This document shows, in pieces, positions 23,936 to 38,308 of a DNA stretch of 64,000 nucleotides. Within the stretch, counting starts at the first letter, position 1; the number at the start of each line of letters is the position of its first letter. The position numbers were made by a program, and so were the translations under genes. The DNA is from Trichoplax adhaerens (taxonomy: Eukaryota > Animalia > Placozoa). The DNA is taken from assembly GCF_000150275.1 (NCBI RefSeq), contig NW_002060966.1:653922-717921 (forward strand), read 5' to 3'. The notes under the pieces are model-generated. The model was not told where the DNA came from. It saw nothing but the letters and a program-made list of their open reading frames with translations, and ran no database searches.

Positions 23936-26900
23936 CTTTAGTAAGTGAGCACTGCAAGAATGTGTGGCCGCAAGAACTAGGATTAGTGATAATATTTTGC
24001 TTAGCTTCTTTCTGTAAACTGGTGATAAGTTACTTTTAAAGCAAAAATTGTAATGTGATGCTGTTAAAAAATAGCGATCTTAGGTAAATGTCTACTAAAG
24101 CCTTGGCCAGCGAAAATTAAACTGATAATACAAAATCTATAAGGAAAAGAAATTCGAGTAATCATTGAGCTATTTATAGCATGCAGTGAGAGAAAATGTC
24201 AACGCATGCGTTGGAAATCGTACACGTATACCATAATCACGAATAATTGGTCGCTAAATTAAAGTAGAAGTGGACTATAGCCTTTAAATTATCCTAAATA
24301 TAAGACGGAGTATCATCTGTAACGAAGATACATTGCCGAATCACATTTATATTGTGAGAATCAGTCATAATGTTACCGTACTTGGGCATTTCGCGAATTG
24401 ACTGGATTTCGTACTTGGATGGTAACGATAATACTAGATATAAGTAAAAAAATAATATTTCAATAATTGCAACGCGCAGTTATTTTGCTCTTTTAACCAT
24501 GTTTGACGGATTTAGCTTTTAGTTTTTTAATTAGTTCAATAGGTATAATAGCTTGTTTATAGTCTAGCTCTATTTAGTAATGTTACTTAACTAAACTTGC
24601 CTAATCTAAACTAATTAGATTACCCTAGATAAGTAACAATAACTGAGAAATGCACTTTCGGAATCTTCTAACTATATCTTTATTCTAAAAAATGCAAGTC
24701 TAATTTAATATTCAAAATCAATCATTTATATAGCTTTTCTAGCCATAAAACCGGTTTACGATGTGTGATATATTTCGACCAATAAAACTTCGCGAATATA
24801 TTAAATTATTCCTAGTCTATTCCAACGAATTAGTAATATTACTATAGATTAACTTTATGTTTTCTCTGGCTTATAATTAACAGGATTTATATTGAATTTA
24901 CCATTGACAATTCATATACCATATTTAGTATAATTTAACCTGTATTAGGAACAGGTTTGTATCGGCTATATTAAGTCATAAATAATTCATGCACATATCC
25001 AAATTAATAACTATCTTGACATGATACATATACATGTCTAAATTAAGTAAGTTATCTTCCATCACGGTAGATTCACTACCGTGACAAGTAACAATTAGGT
25101 TAACCTTTTTTCTTTAGTGCTAATCGATAAACCTAGCGATAAGCAACCAGGTACTATTTCCTATCGATCAATTTGTTGGGGCTTCTATAGACAAGATATC
25201 TTAATAAAGTTTACAAGGATACGCATATTGCACCGGTGCAGTATTGCAATGTAACTACTTACTCAAGATATATTTCTGTTTATTACTGAACTTTAATTGC
25301 ATATGCTGATATTAGACGGTAAAAAGTACTGCTATCAGCAACAAATAAACTATTACATTGTATTAGTATGTACATTTTATTTGTAGTGTACATACGAGAA
25401 CCTATTGTCTATGAGTTGACCATGATTCAATGGGATTTTCACCGGTTTTGCAAGTCAAGATTTATTTAAGTCCATTATTAGGTATTACGTGATTAAAATT
25501 TCAATCTTTTCTATATTATTGACACAATACCTCTCTTCTACCTCTGATTGCAACTACCGTAGAAGAAAGATGCACAAAAGGAACCGTGTGTTAAATCATG
25601 CAATCATTCTAATGTCATTCAAGCATATTTTTAGACTAATAGAAATCGGACAAAAAGATCCTCGCAAGTTACTAGTATAGGAATATGTGACAAACAATGT
25701 TTATCTACGTTCAATAAATTGATCGATTATGAATCCATACTTAATAATTCAGATATAGTAATACAACTACTTTTGAAGGACAATCATACGATCCAGCTCT
25801 TCCTTCTCACAATATACTATCTAGCCTATATTGTGAGAGTATTGCAGCTTACTTTAAAATGTTTGATCCGTAATTTATACATGGATTTAATAATTTGCTC
25901 AAGCATAATTTACTTTCATATAGAAATTACTTGATCGATTACCTGGGCTATACAATCATATTTAAAACGGTTTCTATCCAGGCAATTTAAAAATAAATGA
26001 ATCATATACAGTAATTCAAATTTAACCCTTTCATCTAAAAATATGATTATTCCAATACTATATTTAAACTAATGAAGAATCCTTGCTACCTAAACTATCA
26101 GTATATGATATGGGTTTTTTCCTTGAAAAACAGAGAATTATTTTAATATGAAATATAAATTTTGCAAGGTTTTAGTATACAGCAGTTTAACAGCAAATCT
26201 TCGTCTTAATTCTGCAGCTGTCTGAATTAGACAATCATTCTATAGAAATCACCAAAAATCAATTTACCTGGATTATAAGCTATTGATGTTGCCATTCGGC
26301 TAAGAGATTTATAATCAAATGCTATGCTAGTATTTATAAAACCCTGTTCCATATTAATGTACATCCAAGGCAAGGCTATTAGGTAATGATAGACCCTCAC
26401 TTTAAGCTTCGATGATACTAGCATCAATCTTTTATTGAATCAAAGGTCTGATTTTACTTTAATTACCAATAGGTATATTCAATAAATATTACTATAAAAG
26501 CTGATAAAGTAATATCAGAAATGAATTATGACGATGGATCTAGTAAATATAATTTACTAGATCCATTTTCTATCATAATTGAAGTATTATTACAGCAGCT
26601 AATATATACGCTATTGCTTAAATTACAACATGACAAATAGAATTCTTAACAAAAATGTTTTAACGAATATTGTTAAATTCTAAACCGGATAATATAGTTT
26701 TTGTAGTGGTGGACTAAAAGTGGAGTCTTTCATAGCTTTAAGTATGAAACTATTATTGTTTTACTATAGAAAATACCTACAAAATGATAGATTCTTTAAG
26801 TTTTATCCTACCAAATCATGATGTCACCATCTTTACTTCTACGCTATTTTACAAGGTTTTATATAGATTTCTATAGGGATGACCTAAGAAGCAATCGCTT

Positions 26901-27219
26901 GATCCAAAGAGGGGGTGTTTAATAGTCTATTGGGATTGTAAATGAATTAGACTCAGTAACATAGTCCTATGCATAGAGAAAGGGGATTTAAAATATGACA
27001 GTAAAGAACTGTAATGTACGCCACAATCGTACAATTTCCGTACAATTTCGTGCTAAAACTACAACTGTCAAAACTAGCGTCAGAAAGGTAGTTATGGTTG
27101 TCTGTCACAATTTCACTCCAGCGACAAGGTAACGTACAGTAAAAGTCTATAAGTAACTACTGACTTAAACGCCCTTTTACTTAATGTTAAACACACACAA
27201 CAAAATAATGTATAGATGA

Positions 27220-27340
27220 AACTTTATTAGCAAAGATACATCTACAACTTTTTACCACACCGCTCAACTCAAATGTTCCCCTTTATATAGGAACCGTCTA
27301 ATTTGTAAATGGCAACAGTATTATTATTATACCTTACTAG
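27220..27340. repeat. Dispersed repeat shared with about 44820..44945
   Basis: Shared string acatctacaa...aaatgttccc(c)tttatataggaacc...tattattat...acctta. Confidence 0.5.
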
Positions 27341-28591
27341 GAGAAACATCTCGAACTAAGATGTTCCTTACATAGCTTTTCTATCAGAAAATATTTTGAA
27401 TCTCTTACTCATACTTAATCTTAATATAAGCTCGTAGATTGTCTAATTCAACTATCTTCAACTAGAATTTGAATCATCTTACTGCTATCTATCACACAAT
27501 AACAATCAATATCAAAAAAATAATGAACTATCACAAACAATATCCACGTTAAGGCATTACTTATCTTACCTAGCACTATAAATATGGATATTCTCCGTAC
27601 TAGCTACTACCGTACTTATTAAACTATCCTAAAGACAAGGCAACACCGTAACATTGTTATATAAAATTTTTTGATAATTCAGCCTTTGGGCATATATCTA
27701 TTAACAATGTTCGTACTAAAAGCTACTCTATTTACACATCTGTCAGATGTAAGTATTATATTTTGTAGCATTGTTCTTATACGTAAAATTATTCGATTTA
27801 ATCAAAGATTTTCCCACTATTATACCTTCTATAATCTAATTCTTACATAATAAGACTCTCATCAGATGAAATTTAAAGATGGCTTCCAATGCATACTTGG
27901 CAATAGTAGGGCAAATAATTAATTAACTAGAACAAGTTTCTAATCTAAAATATCCTGAGATCAAAAGAACTGAATCCTATTCTGCTCCAAGCTTATTTCT
28001 GTAATTCTTATATATATTTTATACATTATATTTTAATGCATTTACAGCAACATATTTATCTACAATCAGGATTGAATCATCAAAATAAATACTTTACTTA
28101 AATAGTTCATCAAGATGTTTTACAGCACAAATCAACCTTCTAATAATATCGAAACTCATTAATTAATATCTATCATAAGGTGCTGGACATCTTCACAATT
28201 ACAGTGTATGGAGCTACGCAGATCTATTTACCATGTTTAGCTAGCCGCCTAATACTAGTAAGTAGCAATTTCTAACTTAGTAATAAGTAATCATCTAATA
28301 TTAGCATCAAGAAAATATCTATTTTTAAAAGTAAAATCAAATATGGGGTGTATTACTACATCTATATTATCAAAATAAATTTATAATCTGTCAGTTAATT
28401 AATGAAATGCATTAAATTCGACGAAATACGTCAATAAATATTCAAAGATGTTAGTTAACAAATTGAAACAATTTTACAAATTTTAATAGTAGTGGTATGT
28501 TTTGTAAACAAGCTGAGAGTCTCTATCTAAGCAATTTACGTAAAATATCATCCATAGCGGGATAGATCAAGCTAGATGCATATCTTGTATA

Positions 28592-28944
28592 TCAATCAGA
28601 ATTTGGTTTAATAACATTATTCTTACCCATTTTTTCTAAATCTTCTCCAAATTCTACTATAGCTTCAACGTCATGTTCATGTTCTTTTAACATATAGCAA
28701 AACTTAAAAAAATCTTTATCTCTACGTTGGTCTCGAAGAACATTCCATAGCTTATCATTTTGATCTTTTGTGTTTGCTAAAGATTTCCATTTACTAACTG
28801 TGCTTGTGGCTAAGATTCGCTGTGATGTTAAATTTGTCCACAAGTCCTCAATAGGGACAACGTTTATAAATTCTTGGTGATAGAAGTCTAATGCTTTCTG
28901 GATGCCAAAACTAAGTGAACGTTTCTTTGGACTGTTTACTGCAT
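28592..28944 (-). CDS. CARD exon, unit 2
   Basis: taatag|AT GCA..., translating to IQKALDFYHQEFINVVPIEDLWTNLTSQRILATSTVSKWKSLANTKDQNDKLWNVLRDQRRDKDFFKFCYMLKEH. Phase-1 donor ATG G|gtaaga at 28627, or stop at 28592. Confidence 0.75.
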
Positions 28945-29559
28945 CTATTAAATAACCAATGGAACATATTTTTAGCTTTCCGAATATTCTTGTTCAACAC
29001 TTCATGCAAGTATATATAAAGCTACTTATAGAAGAATAAATATTTATTTGATAGTATTCCTAGTATAATTCGATAGAAGATACACGCCTAGAGTAAGAAG
29101 CATCTACGGTAATTTGTCGTGCAATTATCAAACACGATTTTCAGGTAGAAGGATATTATACATGGTGACGCATCCGTACACATCTGGGGTACCATGATAT
29201 AAGTATAAATATCATGTGAGACAATATTTCATTAATAAAAGATATAACCATCTGATATTAATCTATCAATGACTAAATAATTATATATCGAACATATATA
29301 CGTATGTTTATACAGTTTTTCTCAAAATATTCATCGCTCTATAATAATCATGCAATGCACAACTATATTAATGATCTAAGTTATCACTAAGCAAACAATC
29401 GTGCAACTATTAATTGAATACTGTAATAATGTACTCGTATATAGAATGGATCTTAGAGCTAAATGTAGTAAAGAAATGCTATTATATTCCATAAATTACT
29501 ATTTCGCTGATCACATAATAGAAGTACTGTAATTTTATGGTCTTTTATAATTTTGTTAC

Positions 29560-29697
29560 GTTGCTCTCTTTTTCGCTTGCTTCCTATCGAACTTTTTGAT
29601 AAGAATTCTTCTCCATTACTTTTCTCATTGTCCGAATTATTTGAAATTTCCTTAATATCCGTGCACTTTTCTAATTCTCGGCAGCCTTCATGTTCAT
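29560..29697 (-). CDS. Linker exon (type b), phase 1-1
   Basis: atatag|AT GAA CAT...GSKRKREQ C|gtaaca, 138 nt open. Degenerate homologues at about 51525..51665, 49500..49560 and 40570..40704. Confidence 0.55.
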
Positions 29698-30289
29698 CTA
29701 TATTTCCGAAATATAACCAATATTAAACTAGTATTAACTTTAAAGGCAAACGAAACTAGAAGCCAATAAAAAATAAGCTTTTAGTGCTGGAGAAGGATAA
29801 ATTTATATTTTAATTTAATCACTCAGTTGAATTTGTGCAATATTTATTAATGGCTCATATTTAATCTATAACTTGGCCGATTATTATAAAGTATCTCAAA
29901 CAATATAATATCACCTTTGATTTATTACTGTTTTAATTCCATGCACGAATTATCTGTTTAAATAAGAACTATGATATTTGCCTCAATCTTTGCAATGATC
30001 GACTTATATTTTTCCATATTCAAAACGATAATACAACCATCAACTTTTAATTCTCTCTATCCTACCATTATCTTGCAATCAAAAACTGTTGGAAATTATG
30101 ATATTAGTATCTTCAACTATAAAATTGATAAAACCAAATTTATAAGATCACTACATACTGCTACTATATATGTTCCTCGATTATCTAATCGTATTTCTCA
30201 GATTGATGGTATAACGTTATAACAACCAACAGTCACATAGATTATTAGTAATAGCCAGAGAAAATCACATAGCAGTCTATATCACTAAC

Positions 30290-30493
30290 CCATTTCACTT
30301 GTTTTTCGTTTACGGGAGGTGCTATTGCTGTTAGAAAGATAATAGGTATTGAGTTTTTTCTTCACACTATCAGTCGATGATTTAAGAACATCTTTTTCAC
30401 ATGTTGATACTGTTGATAGATCAGGGGAAGTAATAGCTTGATTTGACGGTATTGATTTGATATCCTTACTAGGTAAGGGCGACGAAAACCATG
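30290..30493 (-). CDS. Ser-rich linker exon (type a), unit 2
   Basis: ctatag|CA TGG TTT TCG...SRKRKTSEM G|gttagt, 204 nt open. Confidence 0.6.
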
Positions 30494-30985
30494 CTATAGA
30501 AAGGTATAACAATTATAATTAGACATTGTAAATTGGATTTTTTTCTATCCGGAAAGCATTAATTAGCTTTAATAGTAATCTTGCAATACTACACTATAAA
30601 ATACAGAATGATTACAAAAACTTTCACAGTTCATTTCGGTTGTAAGGTATTATTTTAGGTTCCGCCTGTAATATCTAGGCAGCAATTGCCTTGATAAAGC
30701 ATTCGAAACTTGCTAATCGATAGAGGCACTTAACTATATTATCGAATGATATAGTACAGTAATATAGTATGCGTACTAATGCTTCTTAAGTTATCTCATA
30801 ACAACCTTACATACCGCTATCCGACATCCACTTCATTATTATTCGGTACACAGTCTACAGTAAGTAATTGATAGCCTACTAAATTTATTTACTTTCGAAA
30901 TAGCTATAACTAATCCTGCAACTTTTTCAAATCTTTAATCATGTTTCGTGGCGAAAGTGTTTTATTAAGACAGAACATATCAAAT

Positions 30986-31537
30986 TGTAATGTAACTAGT
31001 ATTGTGATTGTAGACTATTAGCCATGTGTAGTATAATGTACGGTAGATATTTATCCTAAGAGATATTTGGTAGCTATAACTATAGACTGTAGTGGTAGAG
31101 ACTTTATGCTAGAGTACAGATGACTATATACAGTAACGTGTTGAGTTACTAATAAGCTATAGGTAAAAATAGAACTGTAAATCATATATTAGGATATGGT
31201 TAATTTATTGTACTTTGGCTGGTGTGAATAATGTCTACGTAAGTACTGTCTAGTCGTATCCATATTGGATAAATGATGGTCCGCAGTAGAATAGTCTTAC
31301 TAAGAATAATTTAACTATGAGTAAAATAAGGTAAAAGGTTGCCATACGGATTGTAGCTGCGAATGCTACGGAAAGTATAAAAGCATGCAACTTTAGATTA
31401 TTCTGTTAGTTCGTTGTAGAAGTCTTTAGTAGTAGTATTCGGCTAAAGTAGAGCTGTGTGTAGTTGATCTTTGTATAAGATTCAATAAAGCCCTTATTTT
31501 TCTAAAATTTGGAATTTCGTGATTGGTATATATCACA
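30986..31537. mobile_element. Solo LTR, family B
   Basis: TGT...ACA with TSD CAAAT. The empty site is visible in unit 1 (about 7985) and unit 3 (about 53865). Confidence 0.8.
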
Positions 31538-31621
31538 CAAATTTAGCCTTAATCAATAACTATAGCGCCAGTGATGTTCATCGTCATCATTGGCGAAATT
31601 TTCTTCTACATTAAGGTTTTA

Positions 31622-32757
31622 TCATTGAAGATTTCGGTAATCAAAGTTGGGAAACCAATAAACGAAATTACCTGAATTCCAACCTTTCATGTCTGCTAAT
31701 TTATTCTTGGCACGGCATTTAGTGTTGGCGCATTTGATTATTTGCGCTACAGAATTACTAGGCCAAGGTATTAATTGATCACATTTTAGGCAGGGAAAAA
31801 AATATTCGCAGTCAATTTCTTGTTGCTCAGGATGAGCATCTTTCACAATTTTCGATAACAGCGTTTTAAAATGAATGCATAATTGATCATTGCTTGGCAA
31901 TTCTGAAATTTCCTCCGTTGCAATCTGGTCATTTTCTTTCGATTCATCTATATCTTCATAGTAATACTGAATTCTAATGTGTGATCCACTCTTTTCTACT
32001 ATAATATCATAATTCTGTTTTGACGAGTACTTCGCTCTATGATAATGTACAGCACTATAATCATCAATGTCAATTTCATCCTGTTTGAAACTGACATCAA
32101 AAGGTGCAATGTAAACATTATACTGAAATTTGAAGGGTTGATAGTATGAATGATTGTCAAAATTCCAAATTTTAGCAAAACGATTATCATGGTAATATTT
32201 ACTCCTCTGATAGAATTTCTGGAAACATCGCGAGAAAGACGGTGAAGATAAATGTTTAGCAGTTTCCTTAAGTAAGCTGATAATATTATTATCAGTATAG
32301 TTAGTTCTGGTGATTTCGTTATCATTATCATTAAGGTGATAGCCTATATCGATGTTATCAACTGAAACTTTATCACTACTTGGAACGGTTATTCTACTTT
32401 TATCACTAGGCTGATCGTTGCCTTTTTCAAGAGCAGTAAAAAATATCCTTTGCAATTCGGAATTTCTTGATATATTTCCCTGCTTTTCTATGACTGATAG
32501 TACTTTACTATCAATGAAAGATTGTATGTCAAAAATAATTTTTTCGTCCGAATTACTAGCTTGTTTTATACTATCCAAGTTGATTAACACCGGTGCCCCA
32601 TTAGAAGAACTTTCTGGCTGTTTAGTTAGGGATTTATAAATAAAAGATTTCCCATCGTGATTTGGCCCAATGAGCATAATATTAGCAAAGTTATTTAAGC
32701 ATTCACCGCCATCAAATGCTGTTTCATAGGCTTCTTGAAATTCTTTAATAGCTGTCC
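31622..32757 (-). CDS. Internally deleted Roc-COR terminal exon, unit 2 (possible pseudogene)
   Basis: Paralogue of 8108/53951 with an in-frame loss of about 360 codons. P-loop GPNHDGKS. Acceptor at 32757. Confidence 0.75.
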
Positions 32758-33102
32758 CTTATTTTGAAATTTCAGTATTAGTCAAGAAATAAATCTTCTA
32801 TTAAAATCGAAGCCTGAGCAGTTGTCCGTTATAAGTTTTTAATTTAATTAGTAGTTTATCCAATTTCAATTGAATAATACAGTATCATACATTATTTAAT
32901 CAGCCAATTATTTAATTAAGCAATTTATCATTATTCATGGTATTTCTACCCTTTTCAAAATTACAACAAGCAGACACGAAGCTAATTCTATATCAGCTAC
33001 ATATTCGCATAAGAAAAAGTTACCATATCAAATCGATATGTTGCAAGACCTAAAAATTAGTCAATGGAAAGCTGTAATGAGATAGGCTGACTTTGTACTC
33101 AC

Positions 33103-35793
33103 TGGCTATGGTTAAAACAGAGCTTTCGTCCCTATTTTTCATACTAACGAATTTCCTTGCAGTAGTTTTTGGCTCAGATAATTTACTCTGGCTATGACCT
33201 ATTGACCAGATAATAAATTGCTAATTAACTTTCGTAATAAAGTTATACAACCTTGATAAGACAATTTTGTTTACCGTTGTTCGGTAGTAAACTTCTAACA
33301 TTACTACAGTAGAGGAAAACTATTAAACTGATGAATAGGTATCGATACAAACCAGTTTTAATAGAGTTTAAACCGTTGATTTCAGGTTCAGATGCATTTA
33401 AATTCTTGTTACTTGCATTTGGTGGAGCCAATTCGCTCCTACTCTCTGACAGTCTGGCTGTATCTGTTGGTAGTTTTAATAATTTTAATTTAATTCAGCG
33501 AATTCGCAGTTTTTCTTACGTTTCATAATCATCAAATGTAAAGCATAAATAAACATTACTCCTTTCAAAAACTGTAGTCAAGGTTATGATGATCATAATC
33601 CTGCAATTTTTTTATCATAAATTTAAATGCAACTTTGCACCTAACAGCCTAATAAAACGTTAGCCGTAGTCATTGAACTTCAATCACAGCAAAAATGATA
33701 TTTAGACCATTTAAAATCATTTATTTTCCCACCGCTCACATTTTTGAAACTCACTTACCAGTTATTACTTTACTGGTTAATAGCTTCTCATTAGCGATTC
33801 TTTCACCTCTTTCTACAGCTTACCATTTATAGATAGAAAACGATGATTAATAAACAAGTACCGAGCTCTACAGTTGACAATTGACGTACTTAGCAGTTGA
33901 TTCACGAAGCACATTGCTAGTTTGGCGTTCTTGTCTGGAATGAAATAGTTCATCTAAAAGATAAATCGATCAGAAGATGAAAAATTTCTATACATTATTT
34001 GCTAACAACTTCTTATTTCGCCGGAGTTGTACATTAATAATTCTACAATTTTTCTGTAGTTAGGAAACGTAGCCTAGAAACCGTAACTGATATTGCATAG
34101 CGACTGAAATGATTAAGCTAGATCATTGCAACGGATATGAAGAACATACCAGAAGATAAAAACCTGATCTTCGTTGTCATCAAATTCGAAATCTTCAATA
34201 TCAATAATGAGATTAATAAAACTTAGCTTTAAGCTGCCCTTTCATATCAAATTAGGTGAGCTTAAGTAAAATTAACTTATTTCTAGAATTAGGGTTAGGG
34301 TTAAAAATAAAATTTGGTACTACCGCTTATATTTTAATTGCTAATATGCTACAATCATGTAGTCTATCTAAAAATGGTTGCCGGGTTATGATCAGGTCCA
34401 GTTTACGAAAGCATGCACGTATTTCAATTCAAATTCACAACAATTGAATTATATGTCACTCTTAAGCCTGTCTCTTTTTTCCAAAGTGTTCTTGATAAAT
34501 ACCCCGCTTAAAGCCAAAACATTTTCTTAAACACTACACTGTCCAAATTACCTTATGTAACATCTATGCATGATCAAATATTGTAGCTACGTCATAGGTG
34601 CCGTATACTACTCTTATGCTATAGAGATCAGCATTATGATTTGTAACGAATTATGATAGGTAAAACGTAATAATCTAGACAAGTGCAATCAGTTTACCAT
34701 ATCATGATAAAGATAAGACATGCCTATTTCGCGTTAAGCTTGCTATTGCTGTCAGTGAAAATTATATAGAAATATTCGAGGAATATTAAAACGGTTACCA
34801 CTAAATACAATTCTCTTTGACCAATCAATAGGCTAGGTTTCTCTTAACGTACGATATTTTACGCTGTGTAGATCGTAAAACTATTTCAAATGGCATTTAC
34901 CAGACAATAAACGAAAAATTATTAAAATAACATTGGATTAATGACATATTGGATATAAATCCATTGAATAGACTTACGTGAAAAAGAATCTGATAAATCG
35001 ATATAGCTTATACTTCGGTGCATTACATCCTGCTTTTGCGAAATTGGGACAAAAGTTTTGGAAGTCGCCGTCTTCTGGTAATTATCGTCTTAAATTTATA
35101 ATCATTAATTTTTTAAGCTTAAATTGCATAAGTTAGCCGGCAGGTGTAGTTAATGACATAAATTTTTTACTAGTTGACTTCCGCTGAGAATGGTCTTTAT
35201 CGTTACTTTCGTTATACCCTCGAATTCTTTTATCTAAAGTAAATTGTATTATTTCTAGTTGGGTCATAATATTCTTCTAATAAATATGGATATTTGACCA
35301 GAACTGTGAAAAGCCAGTTAATGCTCTTAAGCTATTGTGATTAAGTGTCTTCTCAAAAATATAACAAGAACTACAGTTTCTTGTAAGCTTCACTTTATTA
35401 CAAAAGATTAGGTTCGTCTCACAACTATCAAGGACTATCTAACTGCACTCAGACTATCTCTGGACTATCTAAATTATTACAGCAATATTCACTATTTATA
35501 TACTGTACAATAAGTTACACAATGATTCTCTTTCAAATACAATCACATCTTACCAGTTAAGTTACAAGTCCATATCTATATTTACTATCACGCTATCAAT
35601 TCCTAATTTGCACTTCTAATTAAAGCGTCGTAATACAAATCTCATTTGGGGCTTCACTACAGCTATGTACTTCTAAAGCATTCGATTTAGTATTACTACT
35701 TACTAGTCTTACTATTTCTGTTCTTCACAGGTGAGATATTGGCCGTGGTATCTTTCATATTTGACTTTTTATTGTTTATTCCACTGGTAATAC
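33103..35793 (-). CDS. Unit 2 linker exons: 35793..35713, 33812..33759 (tentative), 33463..33353, 33198..33103
   Basis: All phase 1-1 and open. 35793..35713 (ITSGINNKKSNMKDTTANISPVKNRN, donor gtaaga) and 33198..33103 are homologues of unit 1/3 exons. The other two are unit-specific. Confidence 0.55.
35336..35661. mobile_element. Solo LTR, family A (inverted, internally deleted)
   Basis: TGT...ACA with TSD GCTAT. Reverse-complement homologue of 6695..7175. Confidence 0.75.
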
Positions 35794-36390
35794 CTTTTAA
35801 TTAAAAATCAAGGATATGTTAGATCATAATGAAATTCTTTTCCGGAATTTTTTTCAATTTAAGTGGCAGAAAGGTGATACTTTCTAAATTAATTCTATGG
35901 AAGATAAATATCCTGCAAATAAACTAAATAATATTTGTATGAACGTCTGCTTCCAAGATAGCACGCAATTCTTGTCTACAATAACACGGAATACATCGTA
36001 TTGTACATGTTTGGGTCACAAATAAGAGTTTCAAATCATTTTTGGTTTTATTACAACCTAGAAGACTTGTTATCCAGTACAAAATTCTAATCTTATATTT
36101 CCACTTGATTGTAAATCAAGATTCAAACTACCTGTGTATGATCTAAGCGTATTCTCCGTTACCAACATAAATTAAGTTATTTTAATACGTAACTTCATTG
36201 TCATAACACATTTTTAAGCAATTATCAGAGCTGTAACCTATTGCTACAGATGCCCTTGCGGCATTTAAAACAACACAATACTTATAGAAATTTTGTAGTG
36301 TAGTCAAACACAGCTTATTACTCGTGCATAAACTAACATACAATTTGTAATCGAGTGCGAAAAATTATTTGGTTTATCTTCTTAATACAA

Positions 36391-37490
36391 CTATGTTGTA
36401 CCTGGGTGATCGCTTGAATTATCAGACAGTATCCTGACATTTGTCTCCCCATCGTTACCTTTATTACTACTTAATGGTTCCTCTATGAATTTAGCTATCT
36501 TATCAATTTCGTCCTTCAACCACTGAAAGTCTTCTATATCTTGTTCATTGCAACTATTTCCATTATTTCCACTATTTTCGCGATTTATCAATGAATATGG
36601 ACGGCCTGAAAGTAATTTATATATCTTGCGTAGTTTATGATAAGTTGTCTTCATTTCTTCATATGGCTTTTTTTCTTTATATCTACTAAGCCGCTTCTAT
36701 CTAATGCTAGAATGCTATCGCTACTGCGTATATATTTTTCCCATCTAGTCTCACTATAATAGGATCTCACAAAATCGATTTTATGCTTATCGCAGATTTC
36801 TTTCCGAAATTTTAAACTTTCCATGTACTCTTTCTTAGAGGCGTCTAACTTATTAAGACTCTTATATAATTTTGCAATTTCATCTCGAATATCTGCAATC
36901 AACAGGCGGCGATGGTTTGATATTCCATTTAGAATTTCCTTGGATTTTTCTAAATTTTCCTTTACTGTTTCGAATCTGGATTTTTTAAAATTTTCCTTTG
37001 CTGTTTTGAATCTGGATTTTTCTAAGTGTGCTTTTCCGATCCCATAGAAAGCTTTACTCAATTCAACTTTATTTCTATACGTATCTTCTGGGACATTAAC
37101 AACCCTTTTGTAAAAGCACTTTGACCCTCTAAAAGAATTATAATCACTTTCCCTGTCTTTCTTACGCTTGACTTTTCTAGTTCTGAGAGATATTTCACCC
37201 AAAATGTTATTAATTTTTGCCCAAAATTGATAATCTTTGTATTCTTCATAATCTTTATTTTTTTTTATTACTATTTTGAACCAGTATTTAGCTTCTTTTA
37301 ATTGATCTATAGCAAAGTAAGCTTTTCCTAAATATTCCGCTGAATCTATTCTGTGCCAACTATTATCTTTAAAGTTTTTCTTCTTGATTCTATATGACCG
37401 CCAAAAGCAATCTATAGCTCGAAGATAATCACCCTGCATATAAAATAGATTGCCAATGGTATCATTAAGTAAGGCCAACTTGACTGTTAC
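36391..37490 (-). pseudogene. 5'-truncated, frameshifted copy of TPR exon 58738..60516
   Basis: Near-identical to the C-terminal half of 58738..60516. One base is lost in an A-run at about 36670 and homology stops at about 37487. Donor CCA G|gtacaa at 36402. Confidence 0.8.
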
Positions 37491-37825
37491 CTTATTAAAG
37501 ATTGGTATGTTTTTGTTTAAAGATTATAACTATTTCTGTTAAGTTAGAAGTAATGCTTTACCGATTAGATAGAATTATTAACAATGCGTATCACATCACA
37601 TTGTCGTTGCAGGCATATATAGCTTATTAGATTGTAGTGAATGGGTTCTGTAACCCATAAATATGCAATCTACTAACGTCAATTAAGATATTAGATTTGA
37701 ATAAATCCCTAATGTGGCAAAAATAGTCCGGCATCGCATTTAATTTTTGTGGTATTATTTAACGATAGAACGTCTGGTAGAGAAGAATTTACCTATCTTT
37801 TCTCAAATAGCAATCGAAAGTAATT

Positions 37826-38308
37826 CAAGAATATAACAAGAACTACAGTTTCTTGCAAACTTCACTTTATTACATAAGATTATGTTCGTCTTACTACTAC
37901 CAAGGACTATCGAACTGCAATCAGACTATCTCTGGACTATCTAAATTATCACAGCTATATTCCTGATTTAAATACAATTCGTCACACTATGGTTTTCCTT
38001 CAATCACAATCATATCTTACAAATTAAGTTACAAGATCATATCTAAATTTACTATCGCGCGATCAACTCATATTTTGCACTTCTAATGAAAGTATCACAA
38101 TACAAATCTCACAGTACTCACATACTTAGCGCAACCTATTGTAATCTCAGATCTTTATATAAACATCTCAATATAGCCGCTACAATACGAACTGTAAACG
38201 CCTTCTACAAATAGTCACTAAAGACAATCTTACACTCTAGCGTACAGATCAGCCTATTCTCGTAAATCTTAAATCGTAATCTAAGCTACATTCAGGGCTT
38301 TTTTTACA
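37826..38308. mobile_element. Solo LTR, family A (inverted; left end uncertain)
   Basis: Homologous to 6695..7175 and 35336..35661 (aacaagaactacagtttcttg, gactatc motifs). Confidence 0.65.

Noticed and set aside
26227-26427. ORF with a PG|gt-like end and an alternate-frame GLSLPNSLALD motif resembling YWTD/NHL repeats
   Set aside because: Too short, interrupted by stops, no supporting homologue in the window.
34289-34303. TTAGGG repeats (also 62401..62412)
   Set aside because: Only about two units; too short to call telomeric.
36823-37249. Short ORFs overlapping TPR exons (also 15137..15355 and 59171..59359)
   Set aside because: Shadow ORFs of the TPR coding sequence.
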